From positions 1 through 62,935 of the forward strand of contig QPMI01000442.1 in assembly GCA_004431415.1 (NCBI GenBank): a DNA stretch of 62,935 nt, read 5' to 3'. Shown piece after piece: positions 38,522 through 51,946 of the stretch. Numbering within the stretch: the stretch's first letter is position 1; every line of letters begins with the position of its first letter. Both the position numbers and the translations under genes were made by a program. The stretch is from Cyanophora paradoxa CCMP329 (Eukaryota > Plantae > Glaucophyta). The notes beneath the pieces are model-generated. The model worked only from the letters and a program-made list of their open reading frames with translations. It did not search any database and was not told where the DNA came from.

Positions 38522-41449
38522 TTAAACGCGCACAATTAACTTTTGCCAGCATCTGCGCGTGCGTGCCGAGCTCACCGACGCGCCTGGTCTGTCAAAAAAC
38601 CCACACCTCTTCACAAAGTAGTATAATCTCAACTCAGGTTCACTGCATTCCTCGATGCCAAGCATCCGAATCGATTTTTGCAGAAGCTGCTCCTGCCAAC
38701 CACCTGCCTTAGGTATTTTCACGGACACAGGTCCTGCGCAGCGATTCAACTCGGGCTGGTGCGGGATGCCGGGTTATATTAACAGAACTCATATCTAACC
38801 TTCGACTTTGGTTATGCCCTGCGGGGAAGGCCGAGAGTCCCCGAGAACCTGCACTTCAAGCACCTGCATACTCTCGAACGACGTCTGGTGCCCGCTGGCA
38901 GAACGCGGGATGAAGGCCCGCTTAAAAACGTCGATATTAATATCAATAGGAACGAGGAAGCGATGGTACACAGGCGGTCCCGCGCGTGTCCCGACGGTTG
39001 AGATGAAAGGAAGTCCAGAATACTTGGCTAACTGGGAAGGTACTGCAAAGAGGAACCCTTCGAATTCGGGAGATGTAAGCGCTTGCTCGAAATGTATGAG
39101 CGTAGAGCATGGAAAGCGAACCAGAGCTCTCTACCATCATATTTCGCTCGACATCGAAGCAAGGATCGTGGTGGCTTGCTCGAATGAGCTGGAGAGCATG
39201 TTGGAACTGCTCTTGAACACAGCTGCATCGATGTTCCAATGTGTGGCGGCTTGTGTCTACATTGTCACGCAACCCGCGCAGGAGATCGATCGTCTGAATG
39301 AGCGCCAATCGGTATTGCTGGGACGTTATAATCTCTGCGATCCTTTTTTCATATTCAAGGGAGTTCGATGTTGTAAGTGGCTCCGAACCATGGAACGACT
39401 TCGACAGCTCCAAAGCAGTTAAATTGGTCGATGCCCGAACGTCGTCTCCCAGGGATCTGTACCGTCAGCCATTGCGTGGACCTGATGGTGAACACATATC
39501 GAACAATTGCAAGTTCTCGACACGTCAACAGCTCACGTACCAACAAGAAAGATGGGATAAGAGCTTTTCCAATGAGGATGCCGTGGACAAGAACACGCCC
39601 CCAGCGGCCACTGCCGCGTCAACGAAATCTTGAAAGGCAAAAAAAGTCCTAGCGTTTCGGAAGCACGCTGACGCGAGAAAAGACAGTTACAATGTATGCA
39701 GTCAAGAAGTAGTACATGCGAAAAACAATGCGAACTCGTGAGTGCCTCGTCGAACACAAGTGCAATTCCATAGCAAGAGCACAGATCGGATAACCGGATG
39801 AGGAAGTCGAGGGAGAGGAATTGAAGCCCCTCGACTGGATCGACACGCACGGCCTCGCAGACGATGATCCGGATTGGAAGGTCAGCAAAAGGAATGGAAC
39901 GACTCATTAACGTGTCATCCACACCCTTCACCGCCTGCCGCCTGTGTTCGATGCGCTACAGGTCGGAGTCAGTGTTGACGTTGCTCCGAAGCACGGACGA
40001 ATATAGATTAAAAGAGTGTCACCTGACGGATGTTGTCGATCACCTCCTCGATGTGAACCAGACGATCCCCTCTAATCTGATCAGTTGGCGGATGCTTTTC
40101 GTAGACAGCAGGCAAGGTCATATGCGCTTCTCTGAAAGTCCCAATCACGATTTTGCATTGCCAATCAAAACAGACAAAAGCAGACCTGCCCGGATATGCA
40201 TTGGCTAGAGCAGTGGCGCTTGCTGGTTCGTTCTTGAGATTGACACCGAACACTCCGCGAGATGCGCCCCATGAGCCTTCGAGCCAGTTGATGAATCCTC
40301 CAACTTCTCCTGAACTACGTGCGATCTGGAAAGTGCATCATCAAGAAAAAAGCCATAATAAGCAGCAGACCAGAAGGGCACACATGGTTCGCCACCTCAA
40401 ACACCACGGGCTCAAGGTCTGACACGCTCCCAGCGTTCGACAGCGTAGTCACAGTTAGACCGGACATTACATTTATGTTTTCTTCGATCTGTTCCCGCAA
40501 TTTGGAAATGTCACCTGGCAGTAAGTAGTGAGCGATAGCAAATGAGAGACATAACACGGATCTTACAAGACGATTCCCTTGATGAAAAGACACCCACGGT
40601 TTCATCCGGATCCTCAGATGCGTTCGGGCTACGATCACCGAAGCAGATGTCGCGCGAGAGAAAATCTGCAGCCGAATCGAAGCCGATTGGATCCATGAGG
40701 CGCTCCCAGAAACTGGACGAGAGTGAGACAAAAAGCTCTCGCAATGTGCATACACATGACTTGCCTGATTGAGTGGCCGAGCTGCTGCACGGTTCGCGAA
40801 ACGATGTGCGTTGCGCTGCCCCATCCTCCGGCAAAGTCGTAATCAAGACGCTGACGGTATGTCATCCAGGTAGATGAAAATCTCTCGCCCCACTCGGCCA
40901 ATGCGCTCCGCAAGTGTGATGCTATTGCCCCCCACGTTTGTAGTGAAGTCTTATTGTGTGTATCCGACCATGTACACCCGTCGACGTCAAAGATTATTGT
41001 CTCGAAGGCATCGAACTCAGGACTGGGCAGCGCGCAGCAGGTCCTGATGATCAATTACGTCTGGACAGCTCGCTAGCGGCTGGGAGTCGACGAAAAACAT
41101 GCACCTGAACGCGCGTATAACATCTTCAAAGCTGGCCTGCGGAGGCAGGGCACGGCGGACAGCAAGGATGACGAGGAATGCCACCGTTGCGGGAGGCGAA
41201 TCGGGCAGGTGCAGATCCAGACTCTCCACGGCCACCCTTCCAGAGGACCAGAATGACTTACGTAAGAAAGATGAGCATGCGCGCACTCACTGAAGCACAG
41301 CTGACAGCGAAGCGAGGGCAACGAGAGCCTTTGTATGGTCCGAAGTTTGTCGGAGTGCGCGTGCAGAAGCACCTGTTGAGGACGGTTGCTCGAAAGCACG
41401 ACGGAGTTCCTCTGCGACGAGAATGAGGATGAGGGCCAAGACCCGCCAT
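38522..41449 (-). CDS. Class-III aminotransferase-like protein, paralogue 2
   Basis: IIVCEAVRVDPVEGLQFLSLDFLIRLSDLCSCYGIALVFDEALT|TCFRNARTFFAFQDFV...VLVHGILIGKALIPS. TLSNAGSVSDLEPVVFEVA matches TLSHAGSASDLESVVNEIA in paralogue 1. The intron after DExxT is in the same position. Confidence 0.72.
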
Positions 41450-41641
41450 AGCTAGCGCGGCCTACGAGCTAGCATGACGCGCTATGACATCGATACCAGT
41501 AGCATACCCTTCCAGTCTGACATTCTGACCGCTGACTGCGTTCTGACCGCTGACTGCGGGCGCGCTGCACGTACTTCGAGTACCCCCCCACCCCGCCACT
41601 CAGCGGCCACTGAAACTGGAAAGGCGCTAGAACCAGATCCC

Positions 41642-44423
41642 ATGAAGCGCCCGCTTTCGCCGGGCGGTGAACATTCTGGCGGTGAACATCAGAGCAAGAT
41701 TGAACGGCCCGGTGAACACCTGCGCTTTTGTGGTCAGCGCGTTTTCATCTTACTAGCACCCTCTGGCAGGGGCCGGAATGTCCAGCACAATGCCCGTTAG
41801 CGGAGCCGACAGCCACCCGCTGGCAGGGGTCGGAATGTCAAGCTCAATGCCCGTGAGCGGCGCCGCCAGCGAGGGAAACGAGAGTCGTACCGGTTCGCGG
41901 ACGGAATCCATGCATGCATTGCTGTCTCGCAAGTAAAGCTGACTGCGCGTGCACGAAGACTCGTCTGCGCATGTGGAGCTCGAGGCCGGAGGCGGCGGCG
42001 AGGCTGCCTATCTTCCCGACGCTCTTATCGTGGAAGCTCTCAAGAACGCTGACTTCGTCGATTTGTGGGACGGGTTACGGATTCATAAGGTTTCGCCAGC
42101 GTTCGGCAAGCTGCTCCGAAATCTTGCTATTGGCGAGCTCAATCTATCGTTCGCACTTGAATCTCGCGGGGGTCGTGATTGCGATCTGCATACCCTCTAT
42201 GGCGGCGAGGAAGTCCGCTGGCTGGCACAACGCGTCACGGAAACGATGCGCGAGCAAGCAATAGCGTCATGGAGTCGGCTTTTGAGGTTTTGCATTCGAT
42301 GTGCCGCGGCGTGGGGTTTTCGCACAAGTGTGTTTCGCTTGGAGGGCAGTTTCTACAAGCAAGTCGATCAGGTCTTCGTTACGCTGGTGAAATCTTGCGT
42401 TTTCGTTTTTCGTGATTGTGACATTTTTCAATTACGCACATTTTTTGCGACACGGCAGGTTCCCCGCCTGCTCTCCCAACTCGACGGGCTTCGCACGCTC
42501 AGGATTGCTCACCAGGCACCAGACAGCGAATTTATCCGTGCATCTCGCACTGCTCGTCGTTATGCATACATTTTGAAGGTCCTACAAGAATGCCCCAAGA
42601 CTGTCGAGCACTTGAGTTTGCTTCTGTCAGTCTCCGACGGTCGCAACGATAAGTCCCTATCCGCATCTTGGCTAGGTACCCTCAGCAAGCGCATATTCGC
42701 ATTAATATTCCAGTGGTTTTCATTGACTGTACATAGATCCGGTACTTTCTTCCGCTTGCGAAGGTCCAGGTTCGTCGGGTTAGATGCATCCACGTCTTAT
42801 TTATCGTGTAGCCACGTGCAAATGTGCTCACACATTCGATGCAGAACGAGAAGTATTCAATGGGATTGTCGCGGCCCTTTCTGCCCTTCCAGCCCTCATG
42901 CATGTGGACTTCGGCGAAGGCATGCTCGTAAACAGGCGCATGCTTGAAGAGCTCGCGCCAGCACTTCCAAAGTTGGAATCTCTGGGACTAGACGTCGACG
43001 GTCCGATCCCGACTCTCTTTCTCTCTCTGTCTCTGTCTCTCTCTCTCTCTTCTCACGAGCAGTCGAACATCTTCCGCAGCTGGTCCGCGCTCGAATCAAG
43101 ATGTCATCACGGAATGTGCAGTCGCAATTGCTGAGCGCTTTCCAAAGCTGAAGCATCTTCGATTGTTTGTCAACGCTTCACCTGGTCATCATGCTCAGCT
43201 GCCGGCTGCGTTTGCACGTATTGGAAAAATGAAAGAGCTGAGAAGCGTGCATATAGGTTTGCTCTGTCATCGAAGTATGCACGTATACGTATGCTTCGTC
43301 CTCTGAAGACTTCATATGCAGATCACACCGCATTTCGTGCCCTGGCGCTGTGCACTAGGTTGCCAGATTTCGATCTCAAGAAGCTTCGCAAGTTTTCGGT
43401 TGACCTCACCGGGGCTACCGCGCCCTTGTCGGATTGCCTGCCCATGGGAGCCATCACTAAGACGGAGGTGTCTTATATTGTTTATTTATCAATTCCGATT
43501 GCAAAGTTTACATCTCGCTCACATCCGAGTAGGTTCTCCCGGAGCTTGATCGAATTGAGTTATTCAATGCTCCAAATCATTATTCGCTGGTGGACCTTGT
43601 GATGACCTGTCTGGCAGGCAATGAGCTCGGCGAGTCGTCGTCCAGTCAATCGCAAAGCACGAAGCAGAAGCAAAAGCAAAAGCAGAAGCAGCCTGAGTCT
43701 TATCCGAGGCAACTGTCTGTCGCTATATCTATTGACGACTGCGGTGACACTGGCCCGTGCTTCAGTAGCGAGATTGTGGGATCGAGCTCGAGGACGGCCT
43801 TCGCTTGCACTGACCTTCCCGACGTCAATCAAAGTAGAATCGGCTTCAATCAAGCATCCATGTCGCCAATTCTTGCAAACTTGCGCTCACTTGATCTCTC
43901 CGTCACTGGCTGCGGCGGATACTTGGCGAGTGTGCTCACGCAACTTTCATCCGTCGTTGCGTGGAGCGCGATTCTGCAAGCCGTCAAACTTGAGATCGTC
44001 CATCAAATTCCATTCCATGTTCACAGCAAGGATTCTGTGCTGGCTGAAACATCTCTTGCGCTTCACATGGTGGACCTGCTCATGACAAAGCCCAACGTCT
44101 TCACGGCAATCAAGCGGGTGGGCCTCGTGCCTGTCGCGTGCGAGAATCAGTCGCTTGCGCGATGCGCGAATCTGGAACGAGTGGATCTCGTGTACAGGGC
44201 CGCCCGGAACGAGTTGATCGATTTGTGTGTCCTCGCTTCAGCTCTGCAACCTCTCCGTCCCATCGCTACCCAACTGAATAGATGGCCTTCGTGCAACATT
44301 CGTTTTGTGAAGGACGCGATTTCGGACCCCATGGCCAAACTCGTAAAAGCTTTGCTTCCAGGTTGGCATATTGCCTTTAGTCATGTTGCAGACGCTCTTG
44401 CCACTCGTGCTCGCTTCTGGTGA
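41642..44423 (+). CDS. F-box-like / LRR-like protein B
   Basis: AYLPDALIVEALKN...IHKVSPAFGKL (F-box-like); LRTLRI, VEHLSL, LPKLESLGL, FPKLKHLRL and LRSLDLS units. Confidence 0.72.
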
Positions 44424-44660
44424 TGGTGAATTTCCAGAAATATTGTCGTTCTCTCTCTGTCTTACTACAAACTTGCAATTGCTACTTGCAATTGGCCGGG
44501 ATTCTTGGACAGAACTTTAAATTTAGACGGGCTATAGCGCGCTGCTTTTTAGAATTTCACCTGTACACGGTGTTTTGCATTAGATAGCCTCTGTACCCTC
44601 GCTCCAATTATACTGTACCCTCTGTCCGGGTTACCGACCAGAACGGAAATCAAAGTTTTC

Positions 44661-45690
44661 ATGGAGCACGCTGTAGCTTGCAAGATAGGGCAGCATCAGG
44701 ACGAATGCGGTCCTACAATCACAAAGCGTGCGATGGATGACGGCCGCGGCAACATCAACGGACTTGTTCCGGCTTCGGTCGGTGATGACCACCAGAAGCG
44801 TGCTCGTACCGAAGGCAATGCGCCGGATTTTGAGGTTTCAAAGACTGGTGCGCGGCCGCTTTTAAATTGTTGATTGTGTTTGGATCTCTGAATTCCAATC
44901 TGGCTCTGCAGACACTGAGAGTGACGTGCTGGATGTCGCTTGCGCCCAGCCCCAGGTAAAGCTGCGAGTGTGCCGGTGTTGGGACTTCTGCTGGATCTTG
45001 GTCGAAGATTCTGATCGGACAAAGCAGCAGGAGCAGCGTGAAATAGTGGTAACCGATGTTCAGTCCGTGCCGGTTCCTGACGGCGATGCGATTCTTAATG
45101 AAACTGAGAATTCCAAGAATGATCTTATGGACAATATCGACGCACGTCGCGCCCAGCTCCAGGTATGGTTTTCATCATTCCCCCCGAGTTCACTTGCATA
45201 TGAATATAATGTGATGCATCTCCCAGGTGGATAATGCATTCGATCTCGAAACGTCAAAGGAGCAGGAGCAGGATGCAATCGTGGCGACCGGCGTTCAGCC
45301 CGTGCCGGTTCCTGACGGCGATGCGATTCTTAATGAAACTGAGAATTCCAAGAACGATCTTATGGACAATATCGATGCACGTCGCGCCCAGCTCCAGGTA
45401 TGGTTTCTCTTTCCCCCCCTGAATTCACCTGTTTACGAATTGAATTCGACGCACCTTCCAGGTGGATAATGGAGTCGATTCCGTGCGGGCTGCTGCCGGC
45501 GATGCGAAGCTAAATGTGCTTGAGAATGCCAAGAACGCTGTCATGGAATTCGAAGATGCACATCGCGCCTCTTGCCAGTCCCAGGTTTGGCTTTAATAAA
45601 ACGACAGACTCAGATTGACGCTTTTTGCAGGTTGATGATGGATTCGATTCGAATTCAGTGACGTCAGAGTAACAGCAGCAGCAGTGAGCT
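44661..45690 (+). CDS. Small acidic protein built from tandemly duplicated exon+intron units
   Basis: VPVPDGDAILNETENSKNDLMDNIDARRAQLQ|gtatggttt occurs at ~45058 and ~45293 (period ~235 bp), with a third degenerate copy at ~45470-45585. Confidence 0.6.
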
Positions 45691-46120
45691 GGAGCAGTAT
45701 ATGCAGAGCAGCTCAGGCAAGCAAGCTCTAGTCACTTAGCAGAGCATCTCAAGCAGAGCAGCTTAGGCAAGCAAGCTCAGGCAGGCAGAGCACATTCCGC
45801 TTATGCACTTCGGTCGAGAAAGACATGTTTTCGGACATTTAATCTGTTATCGTGAAAAACCTTGCATAATTGCATATTTAATCTGTTATCGTGAGAAACC
45901 TGCAAGGATACACTTAATAAGAATTTGCAAGGGCGCCTGCCACCCTGAATCCTTGATTGAGAGCCCCTGATATGTGCACATGCACTGAGAAAATATCTAA
46001 TTGATTCCACCGCACTCCGCGCACCCCCCCCCCCCCCCCCCCCCCTCTTCGCAGCTTCTCATCCCCCCATTTGTATGCTCTACCCCAACTGGTTCGGTAG
46101 CGCGGGAAACGTTAACTGCC

Positions 46121-47902
46121 ATGTTCAAGGGGAAGCGTAAAAGGCAGTATGAGCATGCCCAGTCACATGCTCCAGCGCTAGCTGCAGCTGAAGAGCTTCT
46201 GGATGGCATTGTCACCAAGATTCTCTCCAATCTGACACCTTGGGAATTCTTCACGAGCGAAGTATGGTTAGTGAATAGGCAGTTCAGGCGATGCAGCCGC
46301 AGGGCACAGCAATTGTGGAGAGCTTTCCGTGTGGAGAACTTCCCTCCATTTCGTCTCTTCGATGCACAATGTGAACACGCAATCGAGGAACATGTAAGAA
46401 TATTGCAGCGTGCCGCCCCGCGGATTCGAAAAGGCGCCTTGGCGGGCTGCCGGCATCTCCACATCGGCTTTGGGCCGTTTCTGTCAACACAAAACGCACT
46501 GTACTCCGTTGCTGTCCAATCTGTCATGGGTAAGCACAGCATTACGTTCTTGTGGAATGCTGAAAATGGAATCATGCAGGAGTTTTATTGGCTGCTTCAC
46601 AATCGATGGTGGAGCTGGAGCATGTAACCATCTCTGAGGATGGCTGGGATTCACACCCTTTGTGTGCAATCGCGAGTCATTTGAGCACAATTCCTTCACT
46701 TTCATCCGTTGTCATGCGATTGGGAATGCGGAAACAGCTACTGCGTTGCATCGAGAGTTCAACGTTGTTTCCTCAACTGAGAAGCCTTTCTATATCTGGC
46801 GCTGCCCTGCGCGACACCGACATCGTGAGCTAATGTTTTCCGTACATTTGAAAGCTTCCTTTCGATCTCACCGACACATTCTGGCAGCGGATGATAATGA
46901 AAGCTTGGCCAGCGCTCCAGGAGTTCTCGTGCGCAACTGTGGTGGATCCAATGGCGCTGCACACAATTTCTTCTTGGGGCGTTCGAGCGCAGGCTCTCGA
47001 TTTCTGCAACTCTTCAGTAGCCACAATCGACCTGTTCAGCACAATATTCCATTTACGGAGCTTCTCAAAGCTGGAGCTGAAGGTACGGACGCTCGGTCTG
47101 AATGCAATCTAATAATTGATTTGTTTTATTTTCGCAGGTTGATTGCGAGTCGGGGAAATGTCTTTCGTCTCTAGGAACGCTGCGTGGACTTCGCGAGCTG
47201 AATCTTGACATATGTGTACGTTTTTAAACTTGGATCGCCCTCTCTCCTTATACTGATCGCAGTTCGGAGACTGTCAAGATTCTTGTGGAGGTGGAAGTGA
47301 ACTGCTGCAGGCCACTGCAAATGGGCTGGCCGAAGTTCTTCTGCATGGCAACGAGAATTTGGACTGGGTCGAGTTGAAAATCTCATCTTGCGGTCGACGG
47401 CATTCCTTGGACGGAGACAGTCTGGTGGAGCTGGTACGATCGGCGAGGCCAGCCCTCCGTCGGATCACCATACAGCACTCTGGAGGGATCATCGAAAGAC
47501 ATGTTCTGCGAGTGCGATTTGTGGTGCAGAAGTGAGTCGATATCCATCTTTTCATTGACATTAGCACTGCAGGAAATTGCGGGATGCTACCAAAACCTTC
47601 GGGGTGTGAACATTGGCATGGAGTTTGGACTGGCCATCGGGTCCGGAGAAAGCTTGCAGCAGCTGGATGCTGTTTGCAAGGATCTACTTAGCTTTTCCCG
47701 CGCTAATATGCCTCCCTTGGTGCTTACTGTAAGCACGCGCGGCAATTACAAACTTTTCCACCCGGCCGTAACATTTTGCCGGAGCTGGTTTACAAATTCT
47801 ACGATTCCGATTTCTGTTTTTGTCGATCAAAAAGCAGTTGTTCGCAGAGCAGTTATATCGAGTAAGAGCACATGTAGCATATCAAGTATGCCACTTTTAT
47901 AA
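46121..47902 (+). CDS. F-box / LRR-like protein C
   Basis: MFKGKRKR (NLS-like); ELLDGIVTKILSNLTPWEFFTSEVWLVNRQFRR (F-box); FPQLRSLSISG, WPALQEF, LSRFLWR/VENLIL-type repeats, YQNLRGVNI. Confidence 0.78.
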
Positions 47903-48099
47903 GTGTATACATATGCAGCTTTGTACCTATGATCCTACCCATTTACATCGTAGCTTTAAATTTCATGACATGAATTTGATTGGTACATCAGACGAAAACT
48001 CGAGAGACTTCAGTCGCTGCCCGCCCTGCCCATACCCATCCTTCGCCGCCGATTACCCTCGGCTTGACTGTCTTATAATTAGTGTCATTCAATTGCAAG

Positions 48100-49411
48100 T
48101 TACATTGCTTCTGGCTCTACACAAAAGGTTTTATTCCGCCACTTCAAACTCTGCCGTTTGAAGTGCCCTTTACAGCTTTCGGAAAGTAAAACAACGTCTG
48201 CTTCGGACCACGTCCAAGGTAAATCCAATTGCAGCACAGCCTCGGAACGGACGCGAAGAAGTTTCGAGCGCAGCTCGTAAATTTCACCTGCATGGGCCCT
48301 TTTAGTTTCCGCGAAGAAAGACTTCGAACGAATAGATCGCACCAATCAAATTGGATGGTAGTGTCTGTATCATGATCAGGGACGGCGTCTCAAAATGATA
48401 TGCATCAGTGAGAGTCACGCTCGTAAGCTTTGGCATGCGGTCCGATGAGATAAGCTCAAGAATGGCGGGGTGAAGCGCCAGTGCTCCTGCTGATAGCTCG
48501 ATGAAGCAACTCGCAAGTTTGCCAAAAATCAGGTCCACCGGCCAACCCGTCGGCGGAACCACTTCACGGAGGCTGAGGTGGTCGCACACCATACGCGCAA
48601 CCCAGGAAAAGACTTTGACAGTCTTTTCATCCCGGAGATTCCAATCTTGAAGCCAAAGCACAGAGATTGATTCAAGGTGCGGTAACGCCGCAAGCGCACG
48701 TTCAAGATGGTCAGGCTCCGGGTCCACTATAGTGGTGTCCAGATGGCGCAATCTTGTCAAGGGAAAGAGAGTTGACATTGAAAAGACTGTGCAGAAGTGT
48801 CGAGGGAGGTTCAAATGCGATCCCCATGCCATGTGTACACGTCCAGGCGCGGAAGAATCTTCGAATCCCATTTTCATGTAGGACGTCGGCATATCGACGT
48901 CAACGTGGATAGCATTGCACCAACGTCCTTCAGGAATCCGGAAGTATTTCTTCGCGATGCGAACTGGAACTCCGTCCTGAGGAGTGCGTTGATCGCCCCT
49001 CTTGGCGGGAGGTCCTCGGAGCCTGGTGCTCTTTCAGTTAGTACCTGTACAGCAGCATTTCTTCAGCTAGTACAGCAGTTAGTAGAGAGTCTCGTGCATG
49101 CCTTAAACTCACACTCGTCTTGTCCATATCCAGGCTGATCAAACGCCACTGCCTGCAGACTACCTCCAAACGCATGCGCTCGACAGTGGACAATCCAGAC
49201 AAAACTTGCATCCAGATTTCGTCGGGAAGATCGATCTCTACACTTCGGGCGTCATGGGCTCTGATGCGTGGATTTCGAATTCAGGCATCGATATCACCCT
49301 GACCAAGGTGAAAATATCGCATCCGCACCTCTCCGCTTGCGGTGTTGTATTAACGTAAATTTGAGCATTCTTCTTCTTCCTCATCATGGATCGCGTCTCA
49401 ATCTTTCGCAT
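48100..49411 (-). CDS. F-box / LRR-like protein D
   Basis: Reverse translation of ~49135-49235 gives IDLPDEIWMQVLSGLSTVERMRLEVVCRQWRLI, a canonical F-box (not in the ORF track); followed by LTRLRHLD, LPHLESISV and MPKLTSVTL. Confidence 0.85.
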
Positions 49412-49727
49412 GTGGTCGCTGAAGGGATTGCTGTCATCGCCCCTGCATGCGCACTCAATAACGTGTTCTTATAAGCCATCATTCACACATTGGAGCCCCA
49501 TCGCACCGTCGTTTGCGGTCGGCTGTGCGCCCTTCGTTTGTGTTCTGTGCGCTCATGTTGGTGCGATTTGTTGCGATTTGAAAGATCACAAATCTGTACC
49601 CCCATCGAGGATACCCCTCCCACGCAAACAAACCCCATTCCACCGCGTTCGCAAACAACGCAAACAGGCATTTAATTTCGTTTTCACCAAACAAACTAGC
49701 TATAGCACAATTCCCATCGGAGGAAAA

Positions 49728-50138
49728 CTACTTTATTGTGCCGGTTACGATTTCGCCGACGCGCGTAAGTGCAGATTCAAGCTCTGTTATACGTTCCCGG
49801 AGCGCATGCCGTCTCGCCTCTTCCGCTGCTACCTCGAGCTCCAGCTCGTCGATTCGTTGGCTGAGCTTGCCGGCCAATTCATCAGCTGCACGCACTACAA
49901 CTTCAACGGCGCCATGCAAGTCTTGAACATTTCGTTGTAGGGCATTGAGCGCTTCCTCGTGTTCGGATTGTGTTCTCACCGCTCGGAAAGCAGCAGTCAC
50001 CCGCATGATCTCTTGCACGGTTTGGCTCAGCTGCTGACGAGCCGCTGAAAATGTGAACCAAATCAGTTCTATAGTAGCCTGGTTAGCACACACAGCTGCA
50101 GGTTGGACGGTCTTACCTTCTTCTTCATTGCTTTCCAT
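49728..50138 (-). CDS. Small coiled-coil protein
   Basis: 136-aa ATG ORF with a heptad-like E/L/A-rich sequence; two GTACCC motifs lie just upstream. Confidence 0.6.
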   Translation of the reverse strand: MESNEEEGKTVQPAAVCANQATIELIWFTFSAARQQLSQTVQEIMRVTAAFRAVRTQSEHEEALNALQRNVQDLHGAVEVVVRAADELAGKLSQRIDELELEVAAEEARRHALRERITELESALTRVGEIVTGTIK

Positions 50139-50201
50139 GCCGCTTCACCGAGAACAGAACGGGTACAGAGAAATTGGAGCCTGGGTACATCCAGATCGCA
50201 C

Positions 50202-51700
50202 GATGCACATCAGCGCTGGTTCCGAAGCCCTTTACATGCTAGCGCAACTCTGCGAGTCTCTTCTAAAAAGAAACGGTACGTTCGACCTCTACATGTGAAG
50301 CGCGCAGAACTCCCAAAGTCTGACGTGTCTGAAACAGAGCAGGAAACGTCATTCCCACCCGGGCCACGAAAACGCAAGCTCCGAATCCAGGCAACCGAGC
50401 CTCCGCCACCTCCGCCTTCTTTTTCGAATTCGACCGGAAGAGATGTCCAATGGACTGAACAGATTCCCAACGGCGTCAGCGAATTCTTCATTCTAGCTCA
50501 ACCGCCACTTGAATTTGGGCGCCATGGAAAAGCAGCACCCTCAACCATTCCCAGCGTTCCAAAACTGCGTACTCCAGAAAAGAGCACCGATATCGACCGG
50601 GACTTTCTACGTCAGCCCTTCGTTAGCGAGTGGCGACACTGTCCACAGCTTTCAGACAAAATAAGGTCAACCATGCTGTACATTTCCATCGACTTTCGTG
50701 AGTCCGAAACACGCAGAAATCGCCTGGATCAAGCTGAAGTGGTTATATCATGCATAAGGTTGAGCCCTCCCATGCAGTTGAGCTCGAGGTTCAGGTTGCT
50801 GTACCTGACAAGAAGCATTTCCTAGCTCATGGCGCAACGATCCGCGAGTTGTGGCGAACAAGAGGCACTATGTCACGCTTCGATTCTATCAGCGGTCCTT
50901 GTGGTACACGATTCTATCAGCGGTCCTTTTGATCGCGTTATGAATAAATTTCATTTTTTCATGCTTACTTTAAATTTCACGCGGGCGTGTTTGCAGCTCA
51001 GACCCGGTCCCTTTTCCACTTGCTCCGTTTGTTCGATATGTTCGCCTCCATCCATATATGGCATTTAAAGGGTCCGCATCCTTCCGCCGCATCGACACTA
51101 CGGGGGTGGGCTTTGGTTTTCCCTGGTCATTGGTTTTACTATCCTGGTTGTAACTCGGCGCGCGGATTTCAGTTCAAGCTGAAAATGTGCGCGCGAGTTC
51201 TCGAGTTCGAAGCAGACAATGGCGATCCATCAGTGCTTCGAGCTAAGGTGTGACCGTGTGATGCGGGCGAATGTTAGTAAAATCTGCCCGCAGCTGAAAC
51301 ATTACAGGTGCAGACAATGTTAAAGGAATCTGATCTCGCAGCATGGAATATCGACGCACTTTGTTATCAGGTCTGTGAACGAAGAAATTCGTCGACAAAC
51401 GAAAAAGATAGATGATGTTCGGAAATTCAGGTCGGCGTATTCGCACAGCAGGCTGATTGTTCAATTCGACTCTTGGGGTGGGGAACGACAGAACCTTTCA
51501 CCAGTTGTTGCAAACAGAATGTCAAGGATAAACAGGTGCAGTTCAAATGCGGCCAGAACATGGCAATGCCGAATATCGAGATGGTGATTGCGTTCCCGAT
51601 AACAGGCAGATGCAGGCCAACACCTGCGCCCGTTGTAGCCTCTAGTGCTCACCTTGCGTATACAAGCATGCGTATACAAGACCCGAGCAGTGAAGCAGAC
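50202..51700 (+). CDS. Spliced hypothetical protein (PRKRK NLS-like, Pro-rich)
   Basis: ORF 50103-50825 plus downstream exon-like pieces; boundaries uncertain. Confidence 0.4.
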
Positions 51701-51946
51701 ATCACTTGCCGTCATGTATGTTTTAAAAATACACTGATCAGACAATTGCCCTACAATTGCAATTGCATACTACAATGGAAAACTACTGAACTCAAAATAA
51801 AATTGTCATGACATCGTACGCATCAAGCGCCTGATCATGAATGCTTCATCGATGTGCTAGGCTGGCTAGGCTGGCCTTTTTTCGGGGGGTACTCTGTTCC
51901 ATTTTTGAACCTTGACGTCCGAGCTTTACAGGGCGAGCAGACCGGC

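Noticed and set aside
45700-45905. Short direct repeats (gcagagcagct..ggcaagcaagctc; atttaatctgttatcgtga) as a mobile-element end
   Set aside because: Only two copies each, no inverted partner or TSD; likely local slippage.
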